A stretch of DNA of 64,000 nucleotides from Octopus bimaculoides (lineage: Eukaryota): the NCBI RefSeq assembly GCF_001194135.2, contig NC_068991.1, forward strand, positions 8,359,885 through 8,423,884. Reading direction: 5' to 3'. Each line of letters starts with the position of its first letter. The stretch's first letter is position 1. The notes beneath the pieces are model-generated. The model had not been told where the DNA came from. It was given only the letters and a program-made list of their open reading frames with translations, and did not search any database. Below, one piece after another: positions 13,137-25,570 of the stretch. A program made the position numbers and the translations under genes.

Positions 13137-13630
13137 ATCATCGTTTAACGTCCGCTTTCCATGCTAGCATGGGTTGGACGATTTGACTGAGGACTGGTGA
13201 ACCAGATGGCTGCACCAGGCTCCAATCTGATTTGGCAGAGTTTCTACAGCTGGATGCCCTTCCTAACGCCAACCACTCTGAGAGTGTAGTGGGTGCTTTT
13301 ACATGCCACCTGCACGAAGGCCAGTCAGGCGGTACTGGCAACGGCCACACTCAAAATGGTGTATTTTATGTGCCACCTGCACAAGAGCCAGTCCAGGGGC
13401 ACTGGCAATGATCTCGCTCGAAAATCCTTAAACATGTCACGGGCACAAGTGCCAGAAAGGCGACGCTGGGCACAGGTGCTATCCCGATTTCGCTTTCACT
13501 TGCCCCAATAAGTCTTTGCAAGCTGAGTTTCGTGTCCAATGAAGGAGATGACGTTGGCATGGGTGCCAGTCATCGAATTTAGTTCGATTTCGATTTCACT
13601 TGACTCAGCAAAGTCTTTGCAAGCGGAGTT
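13137..13630. mobile_element. Third interspersed repeat family ((CAT)n-gtttaacgtccgctttccatgctagcatggg...gtgccacc units), probably LINE-dependent
   Basis: Near-identical copies at ~5508-5759, ~22386-22756, ~43630-43785, ~45535-45940, ~46175-46390, ~61766-61880. Confidence 0.8.
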
Positions 13631-13989
13631 TAGTGTCCAATAATGATAATAATAATAATAATGATTTCAAATTTCGCCACAAGGGCAGCACTAGTTCTGC
13701 AATTGACATCTGCCTCAGTATCCCCCCCTCTAGCAATAAAGCTACCTTGGTAGGCAAGATTGACGGTGTTTTCAACAGGCTCTTGATTCAAAAGAATCTG
13801 TGTCTCTCCTTGCTTTCAGGCTTGCATCATCTTGAATTTCTCATTTTAAGACTGAAAATATTGACTGTTTCCAACAGACGTTGACAATTGGGGTAATTTC
13901 TTTTCTATTGTTGAAGAATATCTAACTTAATCAAGAATATTTATTGTTAATTCGAGTAAAAACATTTATTGTATATTTTTTCATTTATT

Positions 13990-14335
13990 CATATTGTGTT
14001 TGAGGAATTACCAAAGGTTTTCTGTTCACATGGCATTTTGTTTGAGAACAAGAATAATGCTTAAAAATACTTCATGTTTACTATAGATCAGTGAAGATTA
14101 TCACAGCAATGCTGACAAAAATATTTGATTAAAATCACATTTTTTTCATTTTTTTATGTGACCGGTGACAAGAGATAAGGCTTTGCTATTTTAAATTACC
14201 AACCTTATCATTAAAGACTATAAAGCCTACTTATATCAGGTCCTTGTGTTGCAATGGTTAAGTGTATATGGAGCAAGAAAGTGTCTAAGAGCAAAACTCT
14301 TGAGTTTATATGCAATTAATTCCACTGCATTTTAT
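13990..14335. repeat. Triplicated AT-rich module, copy 1
   Basis: Core ttctgttcacatggcattttg...aataatgcttaaaaatact..catg.ttact...ttgattaa...gagataa recurs in the same orientation at ~15250-15605 and ~17400-17625. Confidence 0.85.
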
Positions 14336-14351
14336 TGTAGATAAGGCCATA

Positions 14352-15190
14352 TTGGGTTGGCAACTAAGTTCCCACCGTTTTTTTAAATTTTGGAATTTAT
14401 TGCATTTTTAAATTTTGGATCTATTTTTTTCGAGAATTCTATTTTTGAATCATTNNNNNNNNNNNNNNNNNNNNNNNNNNNNNNNNNNNNNNNNNNNNNN
14501 NNNNNNNNNNNNNNNNNNNNNNNNNNNNNNNNNNNNNNNNNNNNNNNNNNNNNNNNNNNNNNNNNNNNNNNNNNNNNNNNNNNNNNNNNNNNNNNNNNNN
14601 NNNNNNNNNNNNNNNNNNNNNNNNNNNNNNNNNNNNNNNNNNNNNNNNNNNNNNNNNNNNNNNNNNNNNNNNNNNNNNNNNNNNNNNNNNNNNNNNNNNN
14701 NNNNNNNNNNNNNNNNNNNNNNNNNNNNNNNNNNNNNNNNNNNNNNNNNNNNNNNNNNNNNNNNNNNNNNNNNNNNNNNNNNNNNNNNNNNNNNNNNNNN
14801 NGCTATAGAGAAGCATCTTCACTCGATGGGAAAGGTTCAGAAATATGGAGCATGTGTTCCGCATGCTTTAAGTGACAACAACAAAAATCAACGAGCCAAA
14901 ATCTCCATTGGTTTGCTTGCTCATCACTGCTCAACTCATGGACACAGGCAATGATTTCTTTACCAAATCGTTACTGGCGACGAAAAATGGTGCCTGTACA
15001 TCAATATGAAGCAGCGTAAGGAATGGCTTATCCCTGGTAAACAAGCGACACCGTGATGAAATAAGATCTTCATCCACGTAAAACGATATTGTGCGTATGG
15101 TGGGACTGGGAAGGGATTATCTATTACAAATTGTTTGAATGGAACGAAACGGTCAATGCGGAACTCTATGTTCAACAGTTGGAACGACCA
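14352..15190 (+). mobile_element. Truncated, inactive mariner transposon
   Basis: TA + TTGGGTTGGCAACTAAGT left terminus. After the gap the frames give CVPHAL (WVPHxL), IVTGDEKWCLYIN and DLHPRKTILCVWWDWEGIIYY with stops and a frameshift. The right end is missing. Confidence 0.9.
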
Positions 15191-15249
15191 AGGAAGCCAT
15201 CTAATATGCCCATGCATCTTTTATACAGAGGAAAACCGTATTTATTTAT

Positions 15250-15605
15250 TAATGTCATGTTTGAGAAATTACCAAACATTTTCTGTTCACATGGCATTTT
15301 GTTCCCTTAAAGGATAATGCTTAAAAATATACTCCATGCTTACTAATGATTATCAGAGCAATGCTGGCTAAAAAAAGTTTTGATTAATCCATTTTCCCCA
15401 TTAATCCATTTTCCCCATTAATCCATTTTCCCCATTTACTACTTATTTTTTCCATTATGTTTATTTTTTAAAATTTTTATATGTGACATGCCACAAGAGA
15501 TAAGCTTTATCATTTTCAAGTGATTGGTCTTATATTTTAATTGTAAAACATTTTTATGTCTAGCCAAAGAAATGCACTTGAGTTTATATTTCATTAATTC
15601 TATGG
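15250..15605. repeat. Triplicated module, copy 2 (contains a 17-bp x3 tandem at 15384-15434)
   Basis: Aligned by eye to copies 1 and 3. Confidence 0.85.
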
Positions 15606-16355
15606 CATCTTGTTTTAGGTATGTCACTGAGCCTTTCTTTGGCTCCTATCACTAAGCAACAGAGGAGGAAAATAATCCTTTCCGATTTTGTTACAAGGTC
15701 AAGGATTTAAGGAAAGGGGGAAAATGAATACATTGACCACTGCTCAACTGTAGCTTATTTTATTGACTCCTAAAGGCAAAGTTAACCATGATCATATACT
15801 ATACATTTAATCAACATTATCCAGTGGTGCGTTGTGTCCTTGAGCAAGACACTTTATTTCCCGTTGCTCCAGTCCACTCAGCTGGCAAAAATGAGTAGTA
15901 CCTGTACTTCAAAGGGCCAGCCTCGTCACATTCTGTGTGATGCTGAATCTCCCTGAGAACTATGTTGAGGGTATGCAAGTCTGCGGAGTGCTCAGCCACT
16001 TTCACATTAATTTCACAAGTAGCTTTTTCTGTTGATCGGATCAATTGGAACGCTTCACCTCATAACTGATGGAATACCTGTTAAAAAAAAATATTAAAAT
16101 GTTTTAAATCAACACAACCATTATTCACTGTCAACATGGCTGTAACCTTCATTATCAGAACCACAACAAAATCTTCACTATCACTATTGCTCCCAGAACT
16201 CAGAACTGTTACAAACCTTATCAAAAAATACGTGTCTGTTTCTATTTATTTACAATAACGATGATGATAACAACAACAACAANNNNNNNNNNNNNNNNNN
16301 NNNNNNNNNNNNNNNNNNNNNNNNNNNNNNNNNNNNNNNNNNNNNNNNNNNNNNN

Positions 16356-16432
<77 letters not shown>

Positions 16433-17399
16433 TGGTAATATTGATCATGATAATGATACTGATAATGTTGATGATAATAAAAAGAAATTTATATTATTTA
16501 TGTTTTGGAAACTGAAATGGGGGGGGAAAAAAAAAATCCCCTAGCTTGGGTTTCTAGTACTGTTGATAAATTATCTGATTGAAATTAGTTAATTTATTTT
16601 TTAATTTATGTTACTGAAATTGATTGGACAAAAACATTTATGATGTAACACTGGTAACATGTGTTGTTGGTATTTGCTGGAGATATCCAAATATTATTCA
16701 CCAGAAAGGCATGGCTTTGTGGTCAAGCAGTGCACTTTGCAACCACATGGTCTCAGGTTCAGTCCCACTGTGTAGAATTTTGGGCAAGTGTCTTCTTATA
16801 GAACTACATTAAAGAGAGAGTCTTGTTTATAGAATTTTGCAGCTGCATACTCCTTCTTTCAATAACATTAAATCAGGAAATAATATCAGTTTTGAATTTT
16901 GGCACAAGACCAGAAATTTCGATGGAGTGAGCGGACGTTAAATGACGATGATATACATATATATATATATATATATCTGTGTGTGTGTGTATATATATGT
17001 TTATATGTTTGTGTGTCTGTGTTTGGCCCCGCACTATTGCTTAACAACCGATGTTGGTGTGTTTAAGTCCCTGTAACTTAGCGGTTTGGCAAAAGAGATT
17101 GATAGAACAAGTACTAGGCTTACAAAGAATAAGTCCTGGGGGTCGATTTGTTTGACTAAAGGTGGTGCTCCAGCATGGCCACAGTCAAATGACTGAAACA
17201 AGTAAAAGAGTAATTCCAACAGTTTTTGACGAATGAGATAATTTCTTTTCGTACTAAATCATGGAGTTATTTTAAATTAGTCGTTTTTTTTAAATTTTCA
17301 TATACCCACCAACCCTACACTTTGCAAAGAAACTCTAATTTAATCATGAAAATTTATTAATTATTCAAGTAAATTTACTTTGTATTTATTTTCAATGTA

Positions 17400-17625
17400 T
17401 TTATATGCTAGAGAAACTTGTACCAAATGTTTCCTGCTCACATGGCATTTTGTTTTGTAAATAGAATAATGCTTAAAAATACTACATGCTTACTACAGAT
17501 CAGTGAAGGTTATTTGATTAAATTATTTGATTAAATTTCACATTTTTTCATTATCAGTTTTATTCATTTATCTTTTTTTTATGGCACGCCATATGAGATA
17601 AAGCTTCAAGCAAAAACTCTTATCT
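17400..17625. repeat. Triplicated module, copy 3 (internally deleted; 13-bp x2 tandem at 17510-17535)
   Basis: Aligned by eye to copies 1 and 2. Confidence 0.82.
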
Positions 17626-19217
17626 TTTAAATATCAAATAGTATAATTCATTTTCTTTTTAATGCTGGATCTCAGAGCATGTAAAGCTATATAAATAATC
17701 CTTTGTTCTATAGGAAAATTTGGGAAAGAGGGGACTAGTCAGTGCTCAACTGGTACTTATTTTAATGATTCCAAAAGGACGAAAGGTAAAATCAACCTCG
17801 GCAGAACTTGAACTCAGAACATAAAGCTGGAAGAAACATCACAATGAATTTTGTCTGGCGTGCTGATGATTCTGCTAGCTTGCCATCATAAGCTGTATAA
17901 ATAATTCTTTCTACTGAAGGTACAAGGCCATGAAATTTTGGAGGAAGGAACTAGTAGATTACAAAAACCCAGTATTTCACTGGTACTTATTGACCCTGAA
18001 AGGATGAAAGGCAGTTCCTTGGTGGAATTTGAACTCAGAGCATAAAAACAGACAAAGTACCAATAAGCATTCGGCCCAGAGTGCTAATGATTCTACCAGC
18101 TCCCTGCCTTCAGGTTATGTAAGTAATCCTTTCTACTATAGGCACACGGCCTTGATTTTGTGGGGAGGGGGACAGTTGATCACATCGACCCCAGTACTCA
18201 ATTGGTATTTAGTTTATCGACCCTGAAAGGATGAAAGGCTACGTTGAGCTTGGCGGAATTTGAACTCAACATAGCGACGGGTGAAATACTGCTAAACATT
18301 TCGTCAGGCATGCTAATAATTCTGCCAGCTGGCTGTTTTCAAGTTGTATAAAAAATAGCATGTAAAGATTGGGTTGGAAAATCCTTTTGATTGAAGAAGT
18401 CAAATATTTACATGCTATTTATTCATAGCTTTGTGTGTGCTTCGAGATCTACTATTCTGAAAATGGATTACTTCACATTCTCTCAAAAGTTTGTAAATTC
18501 TTATGACAGAAAGCACTGATGCTGGTGCCACGTAAAAACCACTGGTGATGGCACCATGTAGAAAGAGGCTAATACACTCTGTAGTGGTTGGCATTAGGAA
18601 GGGTATCCAGCTGTAGAAACCAAGCCAAAACAGACTATGGAACCTGGCACATATGTTTATGTATATATCTATGTGTGTGTCTTGTGTCTGTCCTCCCCGC
18701 CCATCATCACTTGATAACTGGTGTAGGTGTCTTTATGTCCCTGTAACTTAGCAGTTCAGCAAAAGAAACCAATAGAACGAGTACTAGGCTTAAAAAATAA
18801 GTCTATTTGTTCAGCTACTAAAAATCTTCAAGGCAGTGCTCCAGCATGGCCGCAGTCAAATGACTTGAACAAATAAAAGAATCAAAGAAAAGTATTCATT
18901 AATGTTTTTTTTATTTAGTGGAGGGAATTAAAAACACGTAACGTACACACATTTTAGGGGTTGGGGATGGGTGTGTGTGTGGAGTGTGAAGTCCTGATTA
19001 CAAACCATAAATATCAGCATTACTTATAATTACCAATACTACTACCGGAACTTTCATCACAACCACAAGTCACCACCACCACCACCACTATTATTCTAAT
19101 CACCTCAGCTATCTCCGCTATGAACCTTATCTGAAAACGTGTCCAGTTCAATCTGTTTACAATAATAATGGCTATGGTGATGACAGTGTTGATTGTTACT
19201 ACACAAGCATGTTTTAT

Positions 19218-19411
19218 TGTCTAGGGAGGGTCATTATGCTAATATTATTAACACACACACTGGTTCAATTCCACTCCTTTATTATGAGTCAATTAGTTAA
19301 ATATCCAACTAACTAATTTAGTTGGATATTTAACCAATTGACTAATAATAAAAGGAGTGGAATTGAACCAGTGCATGTGTTAATCATATTAGCATAATGA
19401 CTCTCTAGACA
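19218..19411. repeat. 194-bp near-perfect inverted repeat (foldback)
   Basis: Arms of ~94 bp with about 6 substitutions and 2 small indels; 5-nt loop CTAAT (19313-19317). Confidence 0.92.
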
Positions 19412-21179
19412 CAGTAAAATTTGTTTCAACACACAAATTCACATAAAGAATCTTGCAAACCAGACACAAAAACATGTTTTATATTTTCAAAACTGAAATG
19501 AGAGAACTGCAGTCATTAAATAGGATACACAAACACACACACCATATTTTAAAATTTGAACTCAGAATGTACAGACAGACAAAACTTCATTAAGCATTTT
19601 GCCAAGCGAGCTAATGACTCAGACAGTCCACTGCTTGCCTCCAATGATGGAACAATGCATATCTACTAGCATTGCAATATACCACAAAGAAACATAGAAA
19701 GGTGTTCTGGTTTGGCTGAACAAAATTTATTTGAATGTAAATAGGGCTTTACAAGCAGAAAATAATTTTGTAAAACAAATGAAAGGAAAAAAAAGAAAAT
19801 CCTTTTCATTTCTTTGTTATGACATGTAAATATGAAATAAATGCACTTTTCCATTGATGTCTTGGCTTTGCTTTCTTGATTGAAAATAATGGTTTCTGCT
19901 GATTGGCAGGGACAGGATAGACAATCACCCCAGTACTGATGGTTTGATATTTTATCAACCCTGAAAGGAGGAAAGGTAAAGTTGTCCTCAACAGGATGGA
20001 TCATAAAACAATGAAGATTCTCTACAGGTAAAATATTTTATCTGAATTATTTTTTAATAAATCAGCATGGCTGTGTGGTTTAAGAAGCTTGCTTCCCAAT
20101 CACTTGGTTTCTAGTTCAGTTCCACTGCATAGCACTTTGGGCAAGTGTCATCTACTGTAGCCCCTGGCCAAGCAAAACCTTGATTGGATTTGATAGACAG
20201 AAACTGAAAGGAGTCCATCATGTGTGTCTGTTTCTGTGTACCCTTGCCTAGGCATCATATAATAATTGTTAATGAGTACCATTTACAGTTCAGTGGAAAG
20301 TTGTAACCAATCTGTTAACTGTTACCATCATCAGCATTTAATGTCTGTTTTCCATGCTGACATGGGTTGGACAGTTTGACAGGAGCTGGCAAGCCACACC
20401 AGGCTCCAATTGTCTGTTTTGACATGGTTTCTATGGCTGGATGCCTTTCTTAATGCTAACCACTTTATGGAGTGTACTGGGTGCTTTTCTTGAAACACTG
20501 GATTGGGGGTTTCTTATGTGACACCGGCACAGATGCTTTATATGTGGCATCAGCTACTGTGAGCTTGCATGGCAAGGACCTCTTGGTTGAGTGAGAGAGT
20601 GAGTGTGTGTGTGGGGGAGCATGACCATAAAGGACATACCTATACGTGTGGATGGATGGTCAGTTTTACTTAGCCTGACATGTCTTTTCAAGCACAGCAA
20701 ATCGCCAGAAGTCCCAGACCCTTGTCAACTCTTCAGTGAGGCCTAACTTCTGATGTTCCTTTCTCACCACTTCATTCCATGTCTTCCTTTGTCTACTCCT
20801 GCCACAGGTTCCCTCCACTTCTTTATGCAGCTGTCCTCATCCATACCAGCACAGTCTTCTTCTCTTTTGCACACAATTGATGTCTCTTATACCCAGTTTT
20901 CCTCTTACATCATTTACACTCTGTCATACATACACACTGACATTACCCACCCAGCAGAGCATGCTAACTTCATTTCTTTCAAGCCTTTGCATATCCTCAG
21001 TAATCACAGCCCAATTAATACGTTAAGTAGAATTTAGCTAACAGTAGTCAAATTGATATTTTTAACTAACTTCAACTGACTTTCGTTTTAATTAAAAAAA
21101 AACAAAAAAAAAACCACAAAATTCTGAATGATCATTATTTATATATATTTATATTCTATATATACAAATTTATAAAATG

Positions 21180-21297
21180 TTAAGTTGCTTTCTCAACCAC
21201 AGAGGGTTTTTTTTCTGGCATAATTTTACTGAGTATTTCATAGCAATATTCTTCTTCGAAGAGTGGAGTTTGTGGCGAGATTTCATCAACACTGTAT
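21180..21297 (-). CDS. NAA40: NAA40 exon 9 (terminal)
   Basis: ctctcttttacag|A then YSVDEISPQTPLFEEEYCYEILSKIMPEKKPSVVEKAT*. Matches the NAA40 C-terminal FEIDDSSP...SYEILS. Confidence 0.93.
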
Positions 21298-21841
21298 CTG
21301 TAAAAGAGAGAGGTTATAGTTTTACACACACACATGATCAGATATATATATATATATATTGTATGCATATGTACAAGGGCATGCTGAAAAGTTCTGTTTC
21401 TCATTTGCTAATTAGTAATAATTTGGAAAACAACTGATTTAAATTCATTTGATAATTCTAAGTCTATAATCTAGAACAGGAACAGTGGTTCTCAAAGTCC
21501 ACGAAGCCCTTGGGGGTTCTTGTAAGATTTTATTAAAATTTATGAGCAATAAATTGGTTATATTTCTACAATAGACAAAACACTTTATTAATTTTTTTTA
21601 TACAATTCCTAATAATATTTAATTCTAAAATTATAAGATTTTTGAAACATTGAATGGGTGTGAGGGTCCATCCAAGTAAAATAGGAACCAAAGAGGTCTA
21701 CAAGCCAAAAATGGCTGCGGAACACTGATCCAGAAGTTAAAAGGCTTAAGGTTAGTTTTACTTCCTCTTTAAATCAAAAAATGGTTTCGGAACGTGTCCA
21801 GTAACAGAAAAGAAATGAAGGCAAAAACAAAAGTCACTTAC

Positions 21842-21919
21842 TTTAGCTTATTTACAAAAAAATCTCTTCCAACAGGATTGTGTTTAAATATAGTCAGCAT
21901 TACTTTCTTCATGTCTGTT
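21842..21919 (-). CDS. NAA40: NAA40 exon 8
   Basis: cattatag| ... AA|gtaagt, 78 bp; TDMKKVMLTIFKHNPVGRDFFVNKLK. Confidence 0.95.
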
Positions 21920-22766
21920 CTATAATGAAGAGATTTTACGTAATTAATAATAGGAAATAATTGAGTTACTTAACAATAGAAGAAACTGATAGAATAAGTA
22001 CTAGTCCCTTGTATAAGTCTCTTGGGGTGGGGTCCAATTTGTTCAACTAAAACCTTTCAAGGCAGTGCTCTAACATGGCCACAGTCAAGTGAGTGAAACA
22101 AGTAAAAGAATAGAAGAATTCTTGGTCAAGTGATTGGCAATAAGAAAAGATCCAATTGTAGAAACCACACCAAGAATGGAACATTTGAGTGAGACAATTC
22201 TTTTTTGGAACGTTTCTATGTCTCACGACCATGCAATATCATTCTTCATACACAAGCATCGATCAACAGTTCATTCAGAGAGAAATTACCTCCGTTACCA
22301 GCACAGGCAGGAGCTCACTAAATATTAACACTTTCTTCTTGTTTTGATCACTCATGTATGCATAATTATATATATATATATATATCATCATCGTTTAATG
22401 TCCGCTTTCCATGCTAGCATGAGTTGGATGATTTGACTGGGGACTGGCGAACTAGATGGCTACACCGGACTCCAATCTGATCTGGCACAGTTTCTACAGC
22501 TGGATGCCCTTCCTAACGCCAACCACTCCGAGAGTGTAGTGGGTGCTTTTACGTGCCACCAGCGCGAGGGCCAGTCACACGGTACTGGCAACGGCCACGC
22601 TCAAAATGGTGTTTTTTATGTGCCACCTGCACTGGAGCCAGTCCAGCAGCACTGGCAACGACCTCGCTCAAATGATTTTCTAATGTGCCATCAGCACAAG
22701 TGCTAGAAGGCGACGCCGCTAACGATTATGCTCAAATGGTGCTATTTATGGGCCACTAATACTTAC

Positions 22767-22850
22767 TTATGAGCAAGCAACTCCAGGATTTGCATTAAGA
22801 ATTTGCCAAGTCCTTTTCGTCGTGCTTCAGGCATAATTTGGATTTCATAA
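22767..22850 (-). CDS. NAA40: NAA40 exon 7 (acetyl-CoA binding motif A)
   Basis: ttattttcag| ... AA|gtaagt, 84 bp; YEIQIMPEARRKGLGKFLMQILELLAHK contains the RRKGLG GNAT motif. Confidence 0.96.
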
Positions 22851-23254
22851 CTGAAAATAACAAAAACAAATGACATAAAATATGCAATAAAAAAAATGGA
22901 AATAAATATATAAAAGTTACTATGCATTCATTCTAATGAAACTAGCAAAAGTTGAATAGTCATGAATATTCAAAATCCCACTTTGAGTTGATTCCTTTTA
23001 CATAGGAACAGAGTCCCAGAAAGTTATAAAAGCTGAACATAGTGTGTTATCCGAGATCAGTGATGAATGAATCAGTGATAAATGAGGCTACATTTAATCA
23101 TGCAGATGTAAAATAAGACAAGTCATACTCCTGAAATATATGTATATACTATAGCCCAGGGGTCGGGTAACACTTTTTAACCAATGACTGAAACAAGTAG
23201 AAGATAAAAGATAAAGATACTAGTGGATTGAACATAACGGTAACACCAACTTAC

Positions 23255-23416
23255 CAATAAAGTACTTCATCATCACATTCTAAATCGAACCTAAAATGAA
23301 CACAGGCGACTGGCTTCTTACTGTCCAAATCTCTTGCTATCAAATACCATGCTTTGTCTTCTGTCATTTCAGTTTTCTTCTCTCGGTCACTCCATCCCCA
23401 ATCACTAGCTTCATAC
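23255..23416 (-). CDS. NAA40: NAA40 exon 6
   Basis: cattag| ... TG|gtaagt, 162 bp; [54 protein letters not shown]. Confidence 0.96.
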
Positions 23417-24151
23417 CTAATGTAAGTGGAAAAAGGAAAAAAAGAAAAAGAAACAATAATTAATTTTTGGAAAATGGGTAAATATGCACAAGTGATTGAT
23501 GCCAGGGCTGCCTGACTGGTTCCTGTGCCAGCGGCACATAAAAAGCACTATCCGAACATGATCGATGCCAGGGCTGCCTCCTGTGCTGGTGGTACATAAA
23601 AAGCACCATCCGAATGTGGCCGATGCCAGTGCTCCCTGACTGGTTCCTGTGTCGGTGGAACATAGAAAGCACCACAATTTGGCAGAATTACAACTCACAA
23701 CGTAAAGACATGCAAAATGCCATCAAGCCTTTTGTCCAGCTCACCACCTTTAATAATTATAATAGTAATGAATCAGGTTTGACCCCTGCAAGATTCCTCT
23801 TCCTACACTTGGATGTACATCACCTCAACCTTTCTATTACCACATTCATGTCAAAATACACTGCCTTTGTTCCAATAAATTTTGGAAATAATCATGATTT
23901 TATTAAAATAAGTTTGTCAGTGTTAACCTAGTGTTTGCAACGAAAATTAACATGATATTTTGATGCAAGTTCTTAATTTAGATCACTTTAAAATGGAATT
24001 TATATCACAGAACCATGAATGGTTGGTATCAAAGGATACATAATAGATTGAAGGCATATTCTTGGGTTTTAGGTAAATGTCTTTCCCACCACAAGTAAGA
24101 AATAAACAGAAGAAAACGTAAGAGAAATATTATAGTAAAAAAAATTCTTAC

Positions 24152-24247
24152 AATGACTGCATATTAGATTTCGTCAACTGAAATGCCCAGTCAATGGTTT
24201 CCTTATCAAGTTCAGACACCTTTGAACATTCGATTTTAATGTCTAAT
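24152..24247 (-). CDS. NAA40: NAA40 exon 5
   Basis: tttttctttttacag| ... TT|gtaaga, 96 bp; LDIKIECSKVSELDKETIDWAFQLTKSNMQSL. Confidence 0.95.
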
Positions 24248-25570
24248 CTGTAAAAAGAAAAAAAAAAAATCTCAGTGATGGACTTTGTTTAAAATTGTTA
24301 TTTTTGTTTATTAATTTTTCTCGAGCCCAAGGATTCATAATGCCAATCAACCAGTTTCCATGGTGGTGTATAAGTGACTCTAAGATCTCAACACTACTCC
24401 TGAACCGGGAGCTAGTCTGTTACAGGGTACAAGGTAAGCAATTTTGAGCGGCGAGGAGAAGTCAGTTACGTCAACCCCAGTACCTGACTGGTACTTTATT
24501 TTATTGATCCCAAAGGTATGAAAGGAAAAAAGTTACCTTCAGTGGGATTTGAACTCAGAACATAAAAACTGAAGAAATGTAGCTAAGCATTTTGTCTGGA
24601 GAAGCTAAGAATTCTGCCAGCTTACTGCCTTTAATATTAAAATAATTACATTAAATTTTGTATTAAATAAACATAACAATGACCACAAACTTAATTAGAA
24701 TATCCCTGCTTCTACTGGTGCTTTGAGGTTCTGGTAGTTGTGACACGACATTCCTGATACTGTAGAAAACAATTGTCTAGGCGTTCTCAAATTATAGAAT
24801 TCTGTATCAGCACTCTTAAAACTACCAGGTACATTTCTATGGTTACTTCCTTCACAGAAAACTGGTGCAAATAGCCTTGCATCAGAATATGACCAATTGA
24901 GAAATATGAACAAAGGATTCTTCAGCTGACATCCTCATCATTTAACCCTTTTGTTACCATATTTCTGTTGACATATACTGCCCTTTTTTTCAATCAATTT
25001 TTAAAATAATGAAGAATTTAGTAAAATAACTTTCTCATTATTAAGCTGAAGTCTGGAATAAATTAGAATCAAATTTTGATGGAAGATTATAATTTAGACC
25101 CTTTTAGAACAGCAAGTTTATGCCATGGAACCTACAGCAGTCTCAGACAGGTTAACGTCAGTTTTTCAGGCCAGCATGGACTGGATGGTATATGATATGG
25201 TCCAAGAAGCTGCAGAGTTGCATCAGGCCTCAGTATCAGCTTTGGCATAGTTTCTATGGCAGGATGATCTTCCTAATGCCAACTGATAAATACCCAACAA
25301 ACAATTAATTTTTATGACTAGTACACTGATCTAGTTTACCTTAAAAGCCATATCCAACCATAAAATACTATTTGTTTTATGTTCAAACTGGTCAAATAGT
25401 CACTTACACTTATGCTACGATGTCATACTGAAGGTAAACAATTCCATAATCAAAGATAATGCATGACTAATTCAAAACAATGTGAATAAATAAGCATTAC
25501 AATTCCAAAATGCGTTTTTTATATATGACAATTTTATCAATATTTTGTTTGCCTTCACTAAAGATTGATC

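Noticed and set aside
24695-24913. 72-aa minus-strand ORF inside a NAA40 intron
   Set aside because: NAA40 is complete without it, there is no donor, and no homology is recognisable.
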